Assembly (NCBI GenBank): GCA_044356395.1
Contig: JBIKWI010000002.1
Coordinates: forward strand, 1,357-65,356
DNA length: 64,000 nucleotides
Reading direction: 5' to 3'
Origin: Tagaea sp.
Lineage (GTDB): Bacteria; Pseudomonadota; Alphaproteobacteria; CACIAM-22H2
In this document: positions 58,337 to 64,000 of the stretch, one piece after another
Position numbering within the stretch: position 1 is the first letter of the stretch
Layout of the letters: the number at the start of each line of letters is the position of its first letter
Notes under the pieces: generated by a model
The model's input: the letters and a program-made list of their open reading frames with translations, nothing else
Database searches by the model: none
Told to the model about the DNA's origin: nothing
Made by a program: the position numbers and the translations under genes

Positions 58337-59158
58337 GTGGGACCGATGCCAGATCCGAAGAAGCCGACCGCTCGCCCCGCAGCACCCGCACCTGCACCCG
58401 CCCCCGAGAATTCCGGCCTGCCGCCGCTCTACCAGCGGGTCCGGCCGATCGAGCCCGCGCGCCATGCCGAATGGGGAATCGCCGACCTGCGTTCGTACAC
58501 TTTCGCGGCCAAGTCGCGCGCGATCCCGATTACCGGCGCGGAGTTCCCCACGGCGGCGCGCGACTATCCCATTGTGTTCGTCACCAAACCTACGCCGATG
58601 GCGGCGATCCTCGTCGGGCTGCGGCCCGACGAGAACCTGTTCGTCGACGGCAAGGGCACGTGGCGCCCGGGCAGCTACATGCCCGCCTACCTGCGCCGCT
58701 ATCCCTTCCTGATCGCCCAGTCGCCCGACGGCGACCGCCTGATCCTGTGCGTCGACGAAGGCAGCGAACTGGTTTCCGACAAGGCGCCGCTGCGCTTCTT
58801 CGAGGACGGAAAGCGCTCGAAATATCTCGACCGGATGCTGCAGCTCGGGGCCGACATCCACCGCGATCAGGTGCGCACGGCGCAGATCGTCCTGCTTCTC
58901 GAAAAGCTCGGCCTGCTGATCGAACGGCGGATCGAGGTCGGCCTGCCGGGGGGCGAGCGCATCGGATTCCAGGGCTTCGGCGTGGTCGACGAGCGCAAGC
59001 TCAACGAACTGCCCGACGACAAGTTCCTCGAGCTGCGCCGCTCGGGCGGGCTCGGGCTCGTCTATCTCCATCTCGTGTCGTTCGCGAACCTGCGCCAGCT
59101 CGGCGACATCGCCGCCGAGCGCAAGCCCGCCCCCGAGAAACCCACGAAAGCCGGCTAG
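58337..59158 (+). CDS. SapC-family protein
   Basis: SapC signature (AIPITGAEFPTAARDYPIVFV ... YMPAYLRRYPFLIAQ); 273 aa. Confidence 0.7.
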   Translation: MGPMPDPKKPTARPAAPAPAPAPENSGLPPLYQRVRPIEPARHAEWGIADLRSYTFAAKSRAIPITGAEFPTAARDYPIVFVTKPTPMAAILVGLRPDENLFVDGKGTWRPGSYMPAYLRRYPFLIAQSPDGDRLILCVDEGSELVSDKAPLRFFEDGKRSKYLDRMLQLGADIHRDQVRTAQIVLLLEKLGLLIERRIEVGLPGGERIGFQGFGVVDERKLNELPDDKFLELRRSGGLGLVYLHLVSFANLRQLGDIAAERKPAPEKPTKAG

Positions 59159-59200
59159 GGCCGGATCCGTCCGCCGGACGCGAGGTATCGCAGGCCCGGC

Positions 59201-62200
59201 TCAGACCTGGTTCTGGCTCGCCGTCAGCAGCAGGTCGTCGAGGCTGTTGACGGTCGTGTTCGCCAGCAGCAGCGACCATTCCGGGGCGCCCGGTGCCGCG
59301 TTGTCGACGCCGATATAGGCGCCCGCCGCCGTGTTCTCGAGCGTCAGATGCGCCGCCCAGTCGGACGGTACCGTGCCGCCGAATACAGCCGTGAAGTCGA
59401 TGCGGTCTTCCGTCTGGTCGAAGCCCACCACCACGTCAGGCGTGTCGCTCGCGGCCGAGGCCATGACCACGTCGACGCCCGCCCCCATCGTGACGGTGAC
59501 CTGGCCGGGCGACGTGTCGTGGACGGTCGGTGCGGGTGCGATCTCGATCGTCGCGATGGCCGTCGTCGAGTAGCCGAGCGCGTCGGTGACGTAGTAGCTG
59601 AAGCTGTCGGTGCCGGAGAAGCCGTTGGCGGGCACGTAGACATAGGTGCCGTCCTGGGCGACCTGCAGGGCGCCGTGCGCCGGACCACTCGCCATGCCGA
59701 ACGACAGCGCATCGCCGTCCGGATCGAACGCGTCGAGCTGGCCGGCCGCGGCAGACCCGCCTTCGACCGCGATATGCTCGTCCAGCGCCGTCGGTCCGTT
59801 GTTCGCGGCGACGCCGAAGCTGTAGATCTTCTCCGAACTCGTTCCGTCGATCGGATCGAAGGTCTGGATCATGAAGCTGTCCTGACCCGAGAACGTGATC
59901 GGCGGGTTGTAGGTGAACGTCCCGTCGACATTCAGCGTCAGGCGGCCCGAATTGGCCGCATCGCCGATCGCGTAGAACTGCAGCGGGCCGTTCCCGTCCG
60001 TGGCGCTGATCTGGCCGGAAATCGGCACGCCCGAGCGCACGGCGTCGAATTCCGGCTGGTCGCCCCACACGGTGGGCAGTGCCACGAGGTTCATGTGGAC
60101 CGACGCCGTTCCGGCGTTGGAAACGACGCCGTTGGCGTCGGTGACCTGGTACTGGAACGAATCCCAGCCCGTGTAGCCGTTGTTCGGCGTGTAGACGTAG
60201 TCGCCGTTGGCGTCGATCGTGACGGTGCCATGCGCCGCCTGCTGCGCCACGCTCCACACGAGATCGGCCTGCGCGGTCTCGATATCGGAACCGAGTGCGG
60301 CGAGGTTGCCCGAAAGGGGCGTGTTCATCGGCGAATAGCCGTTGGTGCCGAGCGCGTAGTCGCCCACGACCGAAGGCGCGTAGTTGACCGCCTCGAGCGT
60401 GATCGTGATGTAGGCCGGCTGTTCGGAGACGTTGCCGTCTCTATCGACCGCGCGCAGCTCGACCTGGAACGTACCCGACCAGTGCAGCGTCGGCCGGAAC
60501 ACGAATTCGCCGGTGTTGGTATTGATGAGTTCGAAGAGGCCGCCGCCCTGGCCCTGCGTGACGACCGGATCGAGCAGGTAGTACTGCCAGAGGGGCGTAT
60601 CGGGATCGTACATCGGCACGGTGCCGTAGACGTACTGGTCCTGCAGGCCGGTGTACTCGACCGACTGGACGACCGGCTCGTTGCCGATGGGCGAAATGCC
60701 GACCGTCGCGGTGTACTCGGCCGAAGCGCCGTGCTCGTCGGTGATCGAATAGCGGAACGTGTCGGTGCCGTACCAGTCGGAATCGGGCACGTAGCCGTAC
60801 TGCCCGCTGCCGAGATCGGTCAGCGTGCCGTGCGCGGGATTGCCGACGATCGCGAAGTTCGCGACCGCATCGCCCTCGATGTCGTAGGCCTCGAGAACGA
60901 TCCGGACCCACTGGTCCTCGACCGTGAAGAAGGTGTCGATCAGCGGACGCGGCGCATCGTTGACCGGCGCGATGCCGATGTCGATCGTGCCGGACGTCCA
61001 CGTCCGGAAGCCGTCGTTGCTGACCTCGTAGACCACGTGGTCCTGGCCGCTGATGTCGGGGCCCGAGACGTAGGTGAACCCGGCTTCGCCGTTGATCGTG
61101 AAGGTGCCGAGCGCCGGCGCCGAGACGACGCGATACTGAAGCGACGTGCCGTCGGGATTGATCGTCGCCCACGGCATGTTGAGCGGCGTGTCTTCGAGCG
61201 TCGCGGCGACGAGGTTGGCCGCCGTCGGCGTGTCGTGGACGGGTGCCACGGCCAGCGTGATGGTCTGGGTCGACGCGGCGCCGTACTGGTCGAGCATGCG
61301 CACGACGAAGCTGTCGGGGCCGTTGTAGTTGGCGTCCGGCGTATAGACGAAGCGGCCGTCGGGCTCGACCGTCACGACGCCGTGCTGCGGGCCCTGCCCG
61401 TCCGCGAGGCTGACCGTGAACTGGTCGCCCTCGACGTCGCGCGCCTGGATGTTGCCGGCAAGGACCGTGTCCTCGGCGAGCGCGAACTGGGTCGCCTGCG
61501 CGCCCGGCGCGTCGTTGGTCTCGTTGATCAGGATCGCGACGGTGGCCGACGCGGTGCCGCCGCGGCCATCGGACACGCTGAAGGTGAACGTTTCCGGCCC
61601 CATGTAGTTGAAGCCGGGCGTGTAGACGAACGTGCCGTCCGGATTGATCTGAAGGTCGCCGTTCGACGGGCCGCCGTTGTTCGCGACCGAGAAGGTCAGC
61701 GCATCGCCGTCGATGTCGCTCGCGACGAGCTGGCCGGTGAGCGGGACGTCCTGGCGCGAGAGATACGCCGCGACCGCCGCGACCGGCGGATCGTTCAGGT
61801 TCGTCACGCCGATCTGCTGCACCACCGTGACCGGCGGCGACTTGCCGTCGGTGACCGTGTAGCTGAAGCTGTCGGCACCGACGAAATTGGCGGCCGGCGT
61901 ATAGGTGAACGAGCCGTCGGGTTGCAGCGTAAGCGTGCCGTGCGCGGGCCCCTGGCCGGGCACGAGCGCGTAGGCGAGCGTATCGCCGTCGACGTCGGTC
62001 ACGGCAAGCTGGCCGGTCGTCACGCTGTCTTCGCCTGCCTGGATGGTCGCGGTTTCGCCGGACGGCGCGTCGTTGACCGAGGCGATGCCGACCGTGATCG
62101 TCGCCGTCGACGTGCCGCCGTTGCCGTCCGAGACGGTGTAGCTGAACGTGTCGCTGCCGAAGTAATTGGCACCCGGCGTGTAGGTGTAGGTGCCGTCAAG

Positions 62201-64000
62201 GCCGATGACGACCGAACCGTGCGCCGGCGCGCCGTTGGGCGCCACGGTGAAGCTCAGCGTGTCGCCGTCGGCATCGCTCGCGACGAGTTGGCCGACGATG
62301 GCCGTATCCTCGTCGCCCGATGCCGTACCGGCGACGGCGACCGGACCGTCGTTGATGCCGGCGACCGACAACGCGACGGTGCCCGTCGCGAAACCGCCCT
62401 TGCCGTCCGACACGGTGTAGGTGAACGAGTCCGTGCCGCTGAAGTCGGCGGCCGGCATGTAGGTGTAGGAACCGTCGAGATTGAGCGTGACGGTGCCGTG
62501 CGCCGGGCCGCCATTGTCGGCAAGCGCGTAGCTGAGGGAGTCGCCGTCGGCATCGGTCGCGGAGAGCTGGCCGGCGATCGCCGTTTCCTCCACCGTCGCC
62601 GCCGCTTCGTCCGCAGGAACCGGCGTGTCGTTGACCGACGCGACCGAAAGGTCGACCGAGCCGGTCGCGAAGCCGCCCTTGCCGTCCGAGACGGTGTAGG
62701 TGAACGAGTCCGCGCCGAAATAGTCCGCATCCGGCGTGTAGGTGTAGGAACCGTCGAGGTTCAGCGTGACGGTGCCGTGCGCCGGCCCGTTCTCGAGCGA
62801 ATAGGCGAGCGCGTCGCCGTCGGCATCGGTCGCGGCGAGCTGGCCCGCGATGGCCGTGTCCTCGTCGCCCGCATCCGCCGCGTCGACGCCGACCGGCGTG
62901 TCGTTGACCGCACCGACCGAGACCGAGATCGTGCCGGTCGTCGTGCCGCCGTTGCCGTCGGAAACGGTGTAGGTGAAGCTGTCGGTGCCGTTGAAGTCGG
63001 CGGCCGGCGTATAGGTGTAGCTGCCGTCGGGCGCGATCGAGACCGTGCCGTTCGCAGGCCCGCCGTTCGCCGCCAGGCCGAACGTCAGCGCATCGCCTTC
63101 GATGTCGCTCGCGACGAGCTGCCCCGTGACCGTGCCGTCTTCCATTCCGTCGGCGGTACCGCCCGCCGTGGTCGGCCCGTCATTGACCGCACCGACCGAG
63201 ACGCTGATCGTGCCGGTCGCCGTCCCGCCCTTGCCGTCCGAGACGGTGTAGGTGAACGAGTCCGTGCCGTTGAAGTTGGCGTTCGGCGTGTAGGTGTAGC
63301 TGCCGTCGGGCGCGATGGAGACCGTACCGTTGGCAGGGCCGCCGTTCGCCGGGATCGCGTAGCTCAGCACGTCGCCGTCGATATCGCTGGCGACGATCTG
63401 GCCCATGACGGTGCCGTCCTCGTTGCCGCTCGCCGTCGCGTCGCTCGTGGTCGGTCCGTCGTTCGTGCCGCCGACCACGACAGATATCGTGCCGGTCGCC
63501 GTGCCGCCGTTGCCGTCCGAGACGGTATAGGTGAACGTATCCGTGCCGTTGAAGTTGGCGTTCGGCGTGTAGGTGTAGCTGCCGTCGGGCGCGATGGAGA
63601 CCGTGCCGTTGGCAGGGCCGCCGTTCGCCGGGACCGCATAACTCAGCGTGTCGCCGTCGACGTCGCTGGCGGCGATCTGGCCGGTGACGATGCCGTCTTC
63701 CGTGCCGGTCGCGGAACCGCTCGTCGTCGTCGGCCCGTCGTTCACGGAGGCGACCTCAAGCGCGATCGTGCCGGTCGTCGTCCCGCCCTTGCCGTCCGAG
63801 ACGGTGTAGGTGAACGAGTCCGTGCCGTTGAAGTTGGCGTTCGGCGTATAGGTATAGCTGCCGTCGGGCGCGATGGAGACCGTGCCGTTCGCAGGGCCGC
63901 CATTCGCCGCCAGGCCGAAGTCCAGTGCATCGCCGTCCACGTCGCTGGCGACGATCTGGCCGGCGATCGTGCCGTCCTCGTTGCCGGTGGACGAACCGCC
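59201..64000 (-). CDS. giant T1SS-type adhesin with about 93-aa tandem cadherin/Ig-like (VCBS/tandem-95-like) repeats; partial, N-terminus lies beyond the window end
   Basis: At least 1579 aa in the window. Repeating unit ...APDGSYTYTPNANFNGTDSFTYTVSDGKGGTATGTI...VNDGPT...; non-repetitive Asp/Gly-rich C-terminus, typical of type I secretion signals. Confidence 0.8.
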   Translation of the reverse strand, partial: GGSSTGNEDGTIAGQIVASDVDGDALDFGLAANGGPANGTVSIAPDGSYTYTPNANFNGTDSFTYTVSDGKGGTTTGTIALEVASVNDGPTTTSGSATGTEDGIVTGQIAASDVDGDTLSYAVPANGGPANGTVSIAPDGSYTYTPNANFNGTDTFTYTVSDGNGGTATGTISVVVGGTNDGPTTSDATASGNEDGTVMGQIVASDIDGDVLSYAIPANGGPANGTVSIAPDGSYTYTPNANFNGTDSFTYTVSDGKGGTATGTISVSVGAVNDGPTTAGGTADGMEDGTVTGQLVASDIEGDALTFGLAANGGPANGTVSIAPDGSYTYTPAADFNGTDSFTYTVSDGNGGTTTGTISVSVGAVNDTPVGVDAADAGDEDTAIAGQLAATDADGDALAYSLENGPAHGTVTLNLDGSYTYTPDADYFGADSFTYTVSDGKGGFATGSVDLSVASVNDTPVPADEAAATVEETAIAGQLSATDADGDSLSYALADNGGPAHGTVTLNLDGSYTYMPAADFSGTDSFTYTVSDGKGGFATGTVALSVAGINDGPVAVAGTASGDEDTAIVGQLVASDADGDTLSFTVAPNGAPAHGSVVIGLDGTYTYTPGANYFGSDTFSYTVSDGNGGTSTATITVGIASVNDAPSGETATIQAGEDSVTTGQLAVTDVDGDTLAYALVPGQGPAHGTLTLQPDGSFTYTPAANFVGADSFSYTVTDGKSPPVTVVQQIGVTNLNDPPVAAVAAYLSRQDVPLTGQLVASDIDGDALTFSVANNGGPSNGDLQINPDGTFVYTPGFNYMGPETFTFSVSDGRGGTASATVAILINETNDAPGAQATQFALAEDTVLAGNIQARDVEGDQFTVSLADGQGPQHGVVTVEPDGRFVYTPDANYNGPDSFVVRMLDQYGAASTQTITLAVAPVHDTPTAANLVAATLEDTPLNMPWATINPDGTSLQYRVVSAPALGTFTINGEAGFTYVSGPDISGQDHVVYEVSNDGFRTWTSGTIDIGIAPVNDAPRPLIDTFFTVEDQWVRIVLEAYDIEGDAVANFAIVGNPAHGTLTDLGSGQYGYVPDSDWYGTDTFRYSITDEHGASAEYTATVGISPIGNEPVVQSVEYTGLQDQYVYGTVPMYDPDTPLWQYYLLDPVVTQGQGGGLFELINTNTGEFVFRPTLHWSGTFQVELRAVDRDGNVSEQPAYITITLEAVNYAPSVVGDYALGTNGYSPMNTPLSGNLAALGSDIETAQADLVWSVAQQAAHGTVTIDANGDYVYTPNNGYTGWDSFQYQVTDANGVVSNAGTASVHMNLVALPTVWGDQPEFDAVRSGVPISGQISATDGNGPLQFYAIGDAANSGRLTLNVDGTFTYNPPITFSGQDSFMIQTFDPIDGTSSEKIYSFGVAANNGPTALDEHIAVEGGSAAAGQLDAFDPDGDALSFGMASGPAHGALQVAQDGTYVYVPANGFSGTDSFSYYVTDALGYSTTAIATIEIAPAPTVHDTSPGQVTVTMGAGVDVVMASAASDTPDVVVGFDQTEDRIDFTAVFGGTVPSDWAAHLTLENTAAGAYIGVDNAAPGAPEWSLLLANTTVNSLDDLLLTASQNQV
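61500..64000. repeat. coding tandem DNA repeats of about 275-280 bp, near-identical between 62950 and 64000
   Basis: The motif CCGTCCGAGACGGTGTAGGTGAACGAGTCCGTGCC recurs at about 62405, 62680, 62955, 63232, 63512 and 63792. Confidence 0.8.

Noticed and set aside
59436-63940. Possible CRISPR or non-coding satellite given the regular ~280-bp repeats
   Set aside because: The repeats lie entirely within one long minus-strand ORF and encode a conserved ~93-aa domain. There are no short spacer-repeat units.

Overview
This is a high-GC (~67%) chromosomal segment that looks alphaproteobacterial. Most of it is metabolic and transport housekeeping, interrupted by several mosaic patches.

From left to right the window contains the following.

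- 1-3141: a low-GC island remnant next to tRNA-Arg(TCT). It holds a tRNA-Pro-like 3' fragment, an IS3/IS407-group insertion sequence with clear inverted repeats, and low-GC hypothetical genes.
- 3158-7798: an NDUFS4-like gene, a fumarylacetoacetate-hydrolase-family gene, and a GntR-linked NitT/TauT ABC transporter operon.
- 8746-11892: a beta-CASP MBL hydrolase, an aldo/keto reductase and a DUF2938 gene.
- 11988-15973: a TauD dioxygenase gene followed by tctCBA.
- 15994-20009: a bphO-bphP (heme oxygenase plus HWE-kinase/REC bacteriophytochrome) pair. It is bracketed by a 37-nt direct repeat of the tRNA-Pro(TGG) 3' end, which makes it a candidate tRNA-integrated islet that has no integrase.
- 20094-24976: an O-methyltransferase, a DUF192-AcuC operon, and a TPP riboswitch controlling a ThiXYZ-like ABC importer.
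- 24980-33039: an Atm1-like exporter, a frameshifted Cache-PAS hybrid histidine kinase, and a second tctCBA set.
- 33265-37271: a tautomerase and a TAXI-type TRAP transporter.
- 37444-50013: a form-II aerobic CO-dehydrogenase cluster, coxG-S-L-M. An antisense orphan flagellin and a lipoprotein esterase sit between coxM and the maturation genes. Those are coxD-coxE, a split xdhC, a MocA fusion, a cysteine desulfurase and a SufU-like gene, chained by ATGA/GTGA overlaps.
- 50070-54544: tRNA-Glu followed by a patchwork of a GT4 glycosyltransferase, an orphan Anbu proteasome-type protease, a glutaminase and a REC-PAS/PAS pair.
- 54783-64000: a type I secretion operon (C39-like ABC, HlyD, SapC) convergent with a giant ~93-aa tandem-repeat adhesin whose DNA repeats are near-identical.

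There are no CRISPR arrays. All protein family assignments come from reading the translated ORFs, not from database searches.
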